Assembly: GCA_045654905.1 (NCBI GenBank) | Contig: JAZOOH010000024.1 | Span: forward strand, 557-64,556 | Length of the DNA stretch: 64,000 nucleotides | Source of the DNA: Acutalibacteraceae bacterium | Lineage (GTDB): Bacteria; Bacillota; Clostridia; Oscillospirales; Acutalibacteraceae | Reading direction: 5' to 3' | Part shown: positions 18,267 through 27,739 of the stretch, one piece after another | How positions within the stretch are numbered: the first letter of the stretch is position 1 | How the letters are laid out: each line of letters begins with the position of its first letter | Notes under the pieces: model-generated | What the model saw: the letters and a program-made list of their open reading frames with translations, nothing else | Told to the model about the DNA's origin: nothing | The model's database searches: none | Position numbers and translations under genes: made by a program

Positions 18267-19568
18267 ATGAGAATGTATGACGTTATAAAAAACAAACGCG
18301 ACAACAAGGAATTAACAAAGGAAGAAATCAATTTTTTTGTTACGGGCTACACAAACGGTGACATTCCCGATTATCAGGCTTCTGCCCTTGCTATGGCAAT
18401 TTTCTTTAATGGTATGACCGAAAGGGAAACGGCTGCACTTACACTTGCTATGGCTGAGTCGGGTGATACCATAGATTTATCCATATTCAACAACAAAACC
18501 GTAGATAAGCATTCTACCGGCGGTGTTGGTGATAAAACAACGCTTATTGTTGCACCAATTGTTGCATCCTTAGGCTGTATTATTGCAAAAATGAGCGGAC
18601 GCGGTTTAGGCCACACGGGCGGCACGGTAGATAAGCTGGAAGCCATAGAGGGCTTTAACACCTCACTTACAAACGAAGAATTTTTTAAGCAGGTAGAAAA
18701 AACAAATATTGCCGTTATTGGTCAGACGGGTAACCTTACCCCTGCCGACAAAAAGCTTTACGCATTACGCGACGTTACCGCAACGGTTGACAGCATTCCT
18801 CTTATTGCTTCAAGCATTATGAGTAAAAAGCTCGCAGCGGGCTCTCACACAATTGTGCTCGACGTAAAATGCGGCAGCGGTGCCTTTATGAAAACACCTG
18901 CGGATGCAGAAGCACTTGCAGAGGAAATGGTTAAAATAGGCAAAAACAATGGTCGCAATATAGCTGCCATTATTACGGATATGAACACCCCCTTAGGCAA
19001 AAATATTGGTAATGCTCTTGAGGTTATTGAATCAATAGAGGTTTTAAGAGGCGGCGGTCCCGAGGACCTGAAGCACGTTGCAAAAGCTCTTGCAGCGGAA
19101 ATAGTTGCCCTTTCCAAAAGCATAAAAATTGAAGAGGCGGCGGAATTAGTCGACAAAGCAATTTCTGACGGCAGCGCTTTTGAAAAATTCAAGGAATGGA
19201 TTGTAGCTCAGGGCGGTAACGGTGAGTGGATTGAAAACACAGCTCTTTTCCCGAAAGCACGCTTTAGCGAGACTGTTGTTGCAGAATACGACGGCTACGT
19301 TTCCTTTATGGATGCGGAAAGCATTGGAATTGCCTCAGTTATTTTAGGTGCAGGCAGAGAAAAAAAGGACGACGTAATAGATATGACCGCCGGAATTATT
19401 CTTAACAAAAAAACAGGTGATAAAATATTAAAGGGTGACGTGCTTGCTACGCTTTACACACAAAATGAAGCATCCTTAAAGGCAGCACAAAAAAAATTCC
19501 TTTCGGCAATAGAGCTTTCAGACGAGCAGCCGCAGGAAATTCCACTTATTTATAAGGTTGTGAGATAA
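18267..19568 (+). CDS. pdp: Pyrimidine-nucleoside (thymidine) phosphorylase
   Basis: DKHSTGGVGDKT and SGRGLGHTGGTVDKLE motifs, 433 aa. Confidence 0.9.
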   Translation: MRMYDVIKNKRDNKELTKEEINFFVTGYTNGDIPDYQASALAMAIFFNGMTERETAALTLAMAESGDTIDLSIFNNKTVDKHSTGGVGDKTTLIVAPIVASLGCIIAKMSGRGLGHTGGTVDKLEAIEGFNTSLTNEEFFKQVEKTNIAVIGQTGNLTPADKKLYALRDVTATVDSIPLIASSIMSKKLAAGSHTIVLDVKCGSGAFMKTPADAEALAEEMVKIGKNNGRNIAAIITDMNTPLGKNIGNALEVIESIEVLRGGGPEDLKHVAKALAAEIVALSKSIKIEEAAELVDKAISDGSAFEKFKEWIVAQGGNGEWIENTALFPKARFSETVVAEYDGYVSFMDAESIGIASVILGAGREKKDDVIDMTAGIILNKKTGDKILKGDVLATLYTQNEASLKAAQKKFLSAIELSDEQPQEIPLIYKVVR

Positions 19569-19569
19569 T

Positions 19570-20325
19570 ATGAAAAAATTTGTTATAGCTTTACTTGTGC
19601 TTTGCCTTCTTTTTTCTGTTACCGCTTGTACAAAAAATCCGACCGCACCCCTACAGACACAAGCAACAAGCGTAGAATTAACTCCTCCGACAGAAGAACC
19701 CCTGAACCCTTTATACCAAACCTTAATACAGGACTATAAAAGCCTGCTTGAATTTCGTCTTTCTGATGATTTTTATGAGAAATACAATAACGGTTTTGAG
19801 GCGGATATAAGTGATTCATTAATCAATGCTTACAGCTCTGATGAAGAGCTTTCGTACCGTTGGAGTTGTATGTTCACAGACCTGCTTCCATACGGAGAGC
19901 CAAGCACGCTTGACAATTATGGATATATTTTATACGATATGAATAACGACGGCATTGACGAAATGTTTTGGGTAAGAAACGACCACAGTATATCCACTAT
20001 TTTTACTATTTATAACGGTAATTTGGTCTTCCTTGACGGCTACTGGAGTCGGTACAGAGTTGTTGTGCGTAGCGGCGGTACACTTTTAACCTCAGGTTCA
20101 GGCGGAGCCGCATGGCACACAACTACAGTTTGTTATTTAGAAAACGGTAAGCTGCAGGAGGCTTACTCCTTCTTTACCGAAGATTCTGACACGGGAATTA
20201 AGTATTTTGAAACTACCGAATCAGGAAAAAGAGAGTTAACCGAGCGTCAGTACAAGGATATTTCTTCGCGTTACACATTTTCAAATTCCGATTTCTGGTT
20301 GAATATGGAAATTCAGCATTTATAA
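19570..20325 (+). CDS. Lipoprotein, function unknown
   Basis: MKKFVIALLVLCLLFSVTAC lipobox. No recognisable catalytic motif. Confidence 0.6.
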   Translation: MKKFVIALLVLCLLFSVTACTKNPTAPLQTQATSVELTPPTEEPLNPLYQTLIQDYKSLLEFRLSDDFYEKYNNGFEADISDSLINAYSSDEELSYRWSCMFTDLLPYGEPSTLDNYGYILYDMNNDGIDEMFWVRNDHSISTIFTIYNGNLVFLDGYWSRYRVVVRSGGTLLTSGSGGAAWHTTTVCYLENGKLQEAYSFFTEDSDTGIKYFETTESGKRELTERQYKDISSRYTFSNSDFWLNMEIQHL

Positions 20326-20331
20326 GTTAAT

Positions 20332-20365
20332 AAAAAAGCGTGATTTTTAAAAATCACGCTTTTTC
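20332..20365. terminator. Bidirectional terminator between convergent genes
   Basis: Perfect palindrome AAAAAGCGTGATTTTT/AAAAATCACGCTTTTT. Confidence 0.7.
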
Positions 20366-20368
20366 TTT

Positions 20369-21751
20369 TTAGAATTCAATTTTTTCTTCTATATGTTTAA
20401 CTAAATCTGCAATCGGAATTCTTACCTGCTCCATTGTATCTCTGTCACGAACGGTTACACAATTGTCCTCTTCGCTTTCAAAGTCGTAGGTAATGCAGAA
20501 AGGTGTACCAATTTCATCCTGTCTGCGGTATCTTTTACCGATTGAGCCTGCATCATCAAATTCCACGTTGAATTTCTTTGAAAGAGTGCTGAATACCTCT
20601 GTTGCTTTTTCGTTCAATTTCTTTGAAAGAGGAAGCACTGCACATTTAAACGGTGCAAGAGTTGGGTGAAGACGAAGAACAACACGTGTGTCGTTCTTTT
20701 CAGCATCTACAACCTCTTCATCATAAGCCTCGGTAAGAATTGCAAGGAAGAGTCTTTCAACACCTAAGGATGGCTCAATAACGTAAGGAATATATCTTTC
20801 ATTTGTTTCAGGGTCAAAGTAGTCAAGGCTCTTGCCTGAAGTGTTTATGTGTTGAGTTAAGTCGTAGTCAGTTCTGTCTGCAACGCCCCAAAGCTCACCC
20901 CAACCGAACGGGAACAGGTATTCAAAGTCTGTTGTTGCCTTTGAGTAGAAGCAAAGCTCCTCTTTATCGTGGTCACGAAGACGAAGGTTTTCTGCCTTGA
21001 TGTTTAATGAATAGAGCCAGTCACGGCAGAAGCCACGCCAGTACTCGAACCACTCTAAATCTGTACCGGGCTTACAGAAGAATTCAAGCTCCATCTGCTC
21101 GAACTCTCTTACACGGAAAATAAAGTTACCGGGTGTAATTTCGTTACGGAAGGACTTACCTATTTGTGCAACACCGAAAGGCACCTTTTTTCTTGTTGTT
21201 CTTTGAATATTTGCAAAGTTAACAAAAATACCCTGTGCTGTTTCAGGTCTTAAGTAGAGCTCGTTTTTGCTGTCCTCTGTAACACCCTGGAAGGTTTTGA
21301 ACATAAGGTTGAACTGACGAATGTCTGTAAAGTTATGCTTGCCGCAATCCGGGCAGGGAATAGCTTTTTCCTTTATGTAGTCCATCATTTGCTCGTTTGA
21401 CCAGCCTGCAACAACGGTCCCGTCAAAATCCTCTATAAGATTGTCTGCTCTGTGGCGTGTTTTACACTCACGGCAGTCCATTAACGGGTCTGAGAAGCCG
21501 CCAAGGTGACCTGAGGCTACCCAGGTTTGCGGATTCATAAGAATTGCACTGTCAAGACCAACGTTGTAAGGATTTTCCTGAATAAACTTTTTTCTCCAGG
21601 CATTCTTAATATTGTTTTTAAGCTCTACACCTAACGGGCCGTAGTCCCAGGTATTTGCAAGACCGCCATAAATTTCGCTGCCTGCGTACACAAAGCCTCT
21701 GCCCTTACAAAGAGCAACGAGCTTTTCCATAGATTTTTCTGTGTTGTTCAT
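20369..21751 (-). CDS. glyQS: Glycine--tRNA ligase (homodimeric class II)
   Basis: 460 aa containing [48 protein letters not shown] and GVERL motifs. Confidence 0.95.
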   Translation of the reverse strand: MNNTEKSMEKLVALCKGRGFVYAGSEIYGGLANTWDYGPLGVELKNNIKNAWRKKFIQENPYNVGLDSAILMNPQTWVASGHLGGFSDPLMDCRECKTRHRADNLIEDFDGTVVAGWSNEQMMDYIKEKAIPCPDCGKHNFTDIRQFNLMFKTFQGVTEDSKNELYLRPETAQGIFVNFANIQRTTRKKVPFGVAQIGKSFRNEITPGNFIFRVREFEQMELEFFCKPGTDLEWFEYWRGFCRDWLYSLNIKAENLRLRDHDKEELCFYSKATTDFEYLFPFGWGELWGVADRTDYDLTQHINTSGKSLDYFDPETNERYIPYVIEPSLGVERLFLAILTEAYDEEVVDAEKNDTRVVLRLHPTLAPFKCAVLPLSKKLNEKATEVFSTLSKKFNVEFDDAGSIGKRYRRQDEIGTPFCITYDFESEEDNCVTVRDRDTMEQVRIPIADLVKHIEEKIEF

Positions 21752-21776
21752 TTATATACGTCCTTTCAAAAAAGAA

Positions 21777-23729
21777 TTAATAATCTGTTGCAAGGGCCTG
21801 CTCGGTTTCCACCAAGCCTCCAAAGCCGCTTTTATACATAGCATAGTAAAGACCGCGCTTTTCGAGCAGCTGCTCATGGGTACCGCGCTCTCTTATGGTG
21901 CCGTTATCTATAAACAGAATTTCATCTGCCTTACGAATGGTAGAAAGTCTGTGTGCAACAACAAAGTTGGTTCTGCCCTTCATAACCTCATTCATACCCT
22001 TTTGCACAAGAAGCTCTGTTCTTGTATCTACCGAAGAGGTTGCTTCGTCTAAAATCAGAATAGACGGATTTTTCAAAAACGCCCTCGCAATTGTTATTAA
22101 CTGCTTTTGACCGCCCGAAAGATTCTCGCCGTTTTCTGTTATTTTTGTGTTGTATCCCTCAGGCAGCAGCTTTATAAATTCATCTGCACCCGAAAGCCTG
22201 CAAGAATTATATACTTCCTCGTCTGTGGCGTCAAGTCTTCCGTAACGGATATTATCCATTACAGTGCCGTCAAACAGCCAGGTTTCCTGTAAAACCATAC
22301 CGTAAAGCTTTCTTAAATCGTCTCGGTTTACCGTTCTTATATCCTTACCGTCTATGGTAATTTTACCGTCGTTGACGTCGTAAAAGCGCATTAACAGATT
22401 CACAAAGGTAGTTTTACCTGCACCGGTAGGACCTACAAGAGCTACAAGACTACCCTTCTTGACTGTTAAATCAAGCTCCTCCATTAAAGGCTTGTCCTTT
22501 GAGTACGAGAAGGAAACCTTTTCAAACTTAATTTCGTTATCAAAGGTAAGCGTACCTGCTGAAGGCTGCTCAGCCTCGCTTTCTTCATCTAACAGCTTGA
22601 ACACTCTTTCCGCCGACGCCATGCAGGACTGAATGGTATTTGCTATTTGTGCAAGCGTTGACATAGGCGAGGTGAAGAGCTTTGAGTACGTAATAAACGT
22701 AAGTATGCCGCCTATTGAAAAGGCTGTACCCATATCATAAATTACCGTACCGCCAACGGAGAAAACGCCATTGTTTACTATTAAATAGCCACCGATTATA
22801 GCAACTAAAATATAGCCGACGTTATCCATTAAATTTATAAACGGCCCTATTGTGCCTGAGATAAACTGTGCCTTGCTGCTTACATCAACAAGCTCGTCGT
22901 TTATATCGTTAAACTCATCCTCTGCCAATTGCTCCTGACCGAAGATTTTAACAATTTTATGGCCCGTATAAATCTCTTCAACGTGGCCGTTCAATTCACC
23001 AGTTCTGTCCCATTGCTGCTTAAAAAGCTTTCTTGAAACCGAAAGAATTTTTAAGGCAATTGCCGCAGTAAACGGAACAAGCACTACAATAAACAGCGTT
23101 AAAAACCAGTTTGTAATTACCATCATTACAAACACGCCTATAATTGTAATTAATGATGATACTATGGAAATTAAGTTGTGCTGAAGCGTATTGCTTATGT
23201 TGTCTACGTCGTTCATTATACGGCTTAAAATATCACCCTTGGAATTACGGTCGTAATACTTAAGCGGCAGTCCTGACAGCTTTTCGTTTATTTTTTCACG
23301 CAGTACTCTTACTACTCTTGCGGTAACGCCTGCCATTACGTACTGCTGAATAAACGAAAATACCGCCATTCCGCCATAAATAATAACAAGTGACTTAACA
23401 CACGGTAAAAGTGCCTGGGCTGAAATTAAACCGCCGTTCAGCTTAATTGCAACCTGCTCGTTAAGAAGGTCAAGCGCATCACCTATATAAGTGGGGCCTA
23501 TAACGCTGAACAGTGACGATATAGCGCAGGTTATTACAACAACTATAAGCGCTACCTTCTGCGTGGCAATATACCCCGCAAGTCTTTTTGCCGTAGGCTT
23601 AAAGGACTCTGCCTTTTCCTCACCCTTTTGCACCTCGCGGTATGAGGAATACCTGAGCTTTCTTGTAGCTCGTCTTCTTTCAAGACGCTCTAATCTTTTT
23701 TCATCTAAAACCGGGGTCTGCTTTTTCAT
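21777..23729 (-). CDS. ABC exporter subunit, fused permease/ATPase (partner of 23726-25483)
   Basis: TM domain plus GPTGAGKTT, LSGGQKQL and ILILDEATSSVD. It overlaps the upstream gene by 4 nt. Confidence 0.9.
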   Translation of the reverse strand: MKKQTPVLDEKRLERLERRRATRKLRYSSYREVQKGEEKAESFKPTAKRLAGYIATQKVALIVVVITCAISSLFSVIGPTYIGDALDLLNEQVAIKLNGGLISAQALLPCVKSLVIIYGGMAVFSFIQQYVMAGVTARVVRVLREKINEKLSGLPLKYYDRNSKGDILSRIMNDVDNISNTLQHNLISIVSSLITIIGVFVMMVITNWFLTLFIVVLVPFTAAIALKILSVSRKLFKQQWDRTGELNGHVEEIYTGHKIVKIFGQEQLAEDEFNDINDELVDVSSKAQFISGTIGPFINLMDNVGYILVAIIGGYLIVNNGVFSVGGTVIYDMGTAFSIGGILTFITYSKLFTSPMSTLAQIANTIQSCMASAERVFKLLDEESEAEQPSAGTLTFDNEIKFEKVSFSYSKDKPLMEELDLTVKKGSLVALVGPTGAGKTTFVNLLMRFYDVNDGKITIDGKDIRTVNRDDLRKLYGMVLQETWLFDGTVMDNIRYGRLDATDEEVYNSCRLSGADEFIKLLPEGYNTKITENGENLSGGQKQLITIARAFLKNPSILILDEATSSVDTRTELLVQKGMNEVMKGRTNFVVAHRLSTIRKADEILFIDNGTIRERGTHEQLLEKRGLYYAMYKSGFGGLVETEQALATDY

Positions 23730-25483
23730 TCGTCACTCACCCCCGTTTTTTCAAGCTGAGATTCTGCCATTTCTTTATATATATCACAGCTTTCTAAAAG
23801 CTCCTTATGAGTACCGCTGCCTACAACGTTACCGTTTTCAAGAACAATAATATTGTCGGCATTAATAATAGTACCTACTCTTTGCGCCACTATTATTATA
23901 GCGGCATCCTTAAGCTCTGTTTTAAGGCACTCTCTCAGCTTACTGTCGGTAATAAAATCCAACGCAGAAAAGCTGTCGTCAAACATATAGAATTTTGCTT
24001 TTTTAACTATTGCTCTTGCAATACAAAGTCTTTGACGCTGACCGCCCGAAAGATTTGTACCGTTTTGCGAAACCATACTGTTAAGCTTTTCAGGAAGCTT
24101 TTCAACAAAATCTCGTGATTGTGCTATTTCTAACGCATTCCATAAATCTTCCTCGGTTGCATCCTCGTTGCCGTATCTTAAGTTATCGGCAATAGTGCCG
24201 CTGAATAAAAACGCCTGCTGCGGAATATAGCCAAGCTTTTCGTAGATAGTTGAAAAATCCATTTCTCTTACGTCTACGTTATCTATTAAAACAGCGCCCT
24301 CGGTTACGTCATAAAAACGCGGGATAAGGTTAAGCACCGTGCTTTTTCCCGAGCCTGTGCTGCCTATAATGGCTGTTGTTTCTCCTTTTTTAGCAACAAA
24401 GCTTACGTTGTTAAGCGCTCTTTTTAAATTACCATCCTCATCCGTGTAATCAAAAACAACGTTTTTAAACTCAATTGTACCTTCACACGAAGGCTCGGTT
24501 GTCGCTTCGTTTACCGTCATTTTTAACTCGTGGTCTAAAATCTCGTTAATTCTGTTTGCAGAGATTTTTCCGCGGGGAATCATAACAAACATGGCTGCAA
24601 CGGAGGCTAATGCCGCAACTATGAATACAAGATAAATTATAAACGCCTGCAAATCACCTACTGTGTTTGCTATTTCGGCAGGGTCTGTTAATTTATTGAC
24701 CTGATTATAGCCTACAACTATTAAAAGCGCTATTATTAAGAAAATAAGCAGCGTTGCCACGGGAATAAGCCCTGCAAAAATTCTTGAAACTCTCAAGGTA
24801 AGGCTTGTTAACTCGTCGTTTGCCTTTTTAAAGCGCTTGTCCTCGTACTCTGTTCTGTTAAATGCTCTTATAACTCTTACGCCGTTAAGCTTTTCACGTG
24901 TTACAAGGTTGAGCCCGTCTACGCCCTTTTGAATTTTACTGAAAAACGGAACGACTGTTTTTGCAATAACAAGAGCAATTACACCTATAACGGGACAAAT
25001 AATTAAAAGCACAAGTGAAAGCCCCGGATCCATTATAATAGCCATAGCCGTGCCGCCAATTAACATAATAGGCACGGAAATTATGCTTCTTAAAAGCGCT
25101 ATGAGCAATTCTCCTATTTGCCTTATGTCGTTTGTTGTTCTTGTAATGAGTGAGGGAATTCCTATTTCATCAATATCCCCCTGCGAGAAGGTTTGAATTT
25201 TAGAAAACACCTTTCTTCTTAAATCACCGGTGAATAAGGCTGAAACCTTGCTTGAGCAATAGCTGTTTAAAATAGAAATAACCATTGCTATTGTGCAAAG
25301 CACTATCATTATAATTCCTATTGATTTTATGTAGCTTAAATCTCCCTTGGAGATACCGTTGTTAATAAGCATAGACATCATAAGCGGGAAGCCTAAAGTC
25401 ATAACGTTGCTTATTGCCGCAAGAATTACTGTGAAAACAGCAAATCTTTTATGAGGTTTTAATTGTTTAAAAAGCTTTATCAT
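23726..25483 (-). CDS. ABC exporter subunit, fused permease/ATPase
   Basis: TM domain plus GSTGSGKST, LSGGQRQR and a degenerate Walker B region (YMFDDSFSALD). This is typical of asymmetric heterodimeric exporters. Confidence 0.9.
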   Translation of the reverse strand: MIKLFKQLKPHKRFAVFTVILAAISNVMTLGFPLMMSMLINNGISKGDLSYIKSIGIIMIVLCTIAMVISILNSYCSSKVSALFTGDLRRKVFSKIQTFSQGDIDEIGIPSLITRTTNDIRQIGELLIALLRSIISVPIMLIGGTAMAIIMDPGLSLVLLIICPVIGVIALVIAKTVVPFFSKIQKGVDGLNLVTREKLNGVRVIRAFNRTEYEDKRFKKANDELTSLTLRVSRIFAGLIPVATLLIFLIIALLIVVGYNQVNKLTDPAEIANTVGDLQAFIIYLVFIVAALASVAAMFVMIPRGKISANRINEILDHELKMTVNEATTEPSCEGTIEFKNVVFDYTDEDGNLKRALNNVSFVAKKGETTAIIGSTGSGKSTVLNLIPRFYDVTEGAVLIDNVDVREMDFSTIYEKLGYIPQQAFLFSGTIADNLRYGNEDATEEDLWNALEIAQSRDFVEKLPEKLNSMVSQNGTNLSGGQRQRLCIARAIVKKAKFYMFDDSFSALDFITDSKLRECLKTELKDAAIIIVAQRVGTIINADNIIVLENGNVVGSGTHKELLESCDIYKEMAESQLEKTGVSDE

Positions 25484-25573
25484 AAAAAACTTACTCCCTT
25501 CACATTTTTTAAAATCTCATAGTTATACATTGTAATTATAACACAAACATACTGTTTATAGCAACAGTTTTAG

Positions 25574-25612
25574 CAATAAAAATAGCTGCCACAAGAAAAA
25601 TCTTGTAGCAGC
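25574..25612 (-). terminator. Terminator of the CHAP-domain gene
   Basis: GCTGC.ACAAGA stem with one mismatch, followed by TATTTTTATT on the minus strand. Confidence 0.6.
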
Positions 25613-25618
25613 CTTGAA

Positions 25619-27253
25619 TTATTCAGACCATATTGCGTAAAGAGTTACGTTTTTATTAAGTGAAATTCTGTCGCCTGCCGTAAAGTCTGCCTTTTTAGCA
25701 GCCTTATCCTCAGACCAGCCTAAGAATTTTGCACCCTTAAGGGTTGGGATTGTTTCACTTATAATAACTGTTGTGCCCTCTTCACCTATTTGCTCAATTG
25801 GTGTATTTTTACCACCGTTTGCGTCGTAGGTTACTGTGCATTTTTCAGCTTCGTCATACTCAACAATAAATCCGGTTAAGGTTTTAGACTCAAAAATGCC
25901 TGCAACAGACCATTTTGCCGAGCCGTCGTTAAGCATTACGGTGTAGTTTTCTTTACCGCTGTTAAAGCTTACCTTGCTTTTGTAGTTACTGTAATCTATG
26001 TTAGTAACCTCACGCTTTGTACCGCTTACGCCAAGGTAATATTGCTTGCTTTCCTTAAGAAGGAGTGAAAGAAGCTGGTTTTCAGCATCTGTTTCAAGCT
26101 GTGCCAATTTACCGCCCTTAGCCTTAGCAAAGGCTGTTGCCTGCTCGTAGGTTAATGAGCTGTCGTAAATTTCGTACCTGCTGCCGCCAAAGGAGGCTGT
26201 GTTTGCAGGAATCATTTTTTCAATTTCAATTTCACAAATAAAGCCTGTTTGACGCTTGTCACTTACAGTTTCCTGCCAGGTGCCGTCTGCATTTACAACA
26301 ACTGCCGTAAAGCCGCTTCTTGAAGCACCAACTAAATTTGTGTAATCGTATTCCTCACCGTTAGCCCAACGGTAAACACCGCTTTCCTCATCAGATAAGC
26401 CAATGTAGTATTTATCGTAAGAGCCGTTTTGAGTAATTTCGTTAATAATTTCTTGCTCTGCCTCGCTTGTAATTACTGCAAGGTGACCGCCCATAAGCTT
26501 ACAAACAGACTCTGCTTCATCATAAGTAATGGACATATCAAAAAGAGCGTAAATGCTGTCCTCGGTAGTTTTAATAGCATCTGCTCTGCCTATATCTGCA
26601 ACTGTTACAGAGCGGTCCTGATAGTTAGGACGAGCAACGTAATTGATTCTTGCATGATTATTTGAGGAGTAGCCTGTTGCTACCGGATATTTAAGTGCCT
26701 TAACCATATCAGACATATTGCCCTCAACGGTATAAATGTATTCGTCATCAACGTCTACAATAAGACCAACGTGGTCAATACAGCCATAACCGCCTGAGCA
26801 GGTACAGCTGAAAAGAAGGTCGCCCGGCTCAACCGGCTTTGAACCGAATCTGAAGCAATCTGCACCAACCGCCGGAAGAATTGATTGGTAAGAAGCACTT
26901 GCGCTCGGAAGCTTGGGGAAAACTGATGCAGGTACTCCTGCAAAGTGAGCACACCAAGAAACGAAAACGTTACACCAATAGCTCTGTGCGCCGTACCATC
27001 TGCCGTATTCTGTATAATTGTTGCCACTCTCGTGGTAACCTACCTGTGTTTTTGCAACGTTACAAATATCTGTAACCTGGTCACCTGTGAGCTCTACCTC
27101 ACTAAGTGCCTTGTAGTAGCTGCTGCTCATATAAGATGAGGAGGCGCTGTATTCAACTTTTTTAGCAGCGGCGTTTACACTGAACATAGGAACTACTGCA
27201 AGTACTACAGTAAGTGCTACCGTAATAGCGCTTTTAATTCTGCTTTTAATCAT
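25619..27253 (-). CDS. Secreted CHAP (cysteine peptidase/amidase) protein with two C-type-lectin-like domains and a C-terminal Listeria-Bacteroides repeat
   Basis: Signal peptide ending VNAAA. CHAP Cys (YWCNVFVSWC) and His (IDHVGLIV..EGN). Two modules match the CTLD pattern (GGHLAVITSEAEQE..YYIGLSDEE..YRWANGEEYDYTN..GFICEIE). The C-terminus reads VTYDANGG..FLGWSEDK. Confidence 0.8.
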   Translation of the reverse strand: MIKSRIKSAITVALTVVLAVVPMFSVNAAAKKVEYSASSSYMSSSYYKALSEVELTGDQVTDICNVAKTQVGYHESGNNYTEYGRWYGAQSYWCNVFVSWCAHFAGVPASVFPKLPSASASYQSILPAVGADCFRFGSKPVEPGDLLFSCTCSGGYGCIDHVGLIVDVDDEYIYTVEGNMSDMVKALKYPVATGYSSNNHARINYVARPNYQDRSVTVADIGRADAIKTTEDSIYALFDMSITYDEAESVCKLMGGHLAVITSEAEQEIINEITQNGSYDKYYIGLSDEESGVYRWANGEEYDYTNLVGASRSGFTAVVVNADGTWQETVSDKRQTGFICEIEIEKMIPANTASFGGSRYEIYDSSLTYEQATAFAKAKGGKLAQLETDAENQLLSLLLKESKQYYLGVSGTKREVTNIDYSNYKSKVSFNSGKENYTVMLNDGSAKWSVAGIFESKTLTGFIVEYDEAEKCTVTYDANGGKNTPIEQIGEEGTTVIISETIPTLKGAKFLGWSEDKAAKKADFTAGDRISLNKNVTLYAIWSE

Positions 27254-27661
27254 AGAATAATTTTGCCTTTCATAATTTTGAGTTTTTGCTCTATCAAATT
27301 ATATTTGTTTTATGTTTATTTATTTCAAATTTGTTGCAAATTATTACAAAGTTGTAACAATTGCCGCGAACAGTTGTCATTGTACCATATAAAAAAACCA
27401 TTTACAATGGACAATTTGCACTATAAAACATACCCGTTTTGTTGCATTCCGCATAATTCTACACAAAAAATTAAGATTTTGACACATTTTTCGTTACATT
27501 TTGAAATTTTTTGCAATTGCAATTTGTTACTAAATTACACGTTTTTCGACACGTAAATCACCATTTGTAACACTGTATATAATAGTATATAAATTTCGTA
27601 TACTATTATATATAATACATTTACTACGCACCTTTAAAGAGTGCACCTTTTTGTATTTTTG

Positions 27662-27711
27662 TAAAAAAAGAAAAGCTCCTGTGGTTTCTTCTTACGAAAC
27701 GACAGGAGCTT
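27662..27711 (-). terminator. Terminator of the FGGY kinase gene
   Basis: AGCTCCTGT/ACAGGAGCT stem with an inner GTTTC/GAAAC stem, followed by a T-run on the minus strand. Confidence 0.65.
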
Positions 27712-27739
27712 TAAATATTATTTTATTTTAAGAAAAGAT

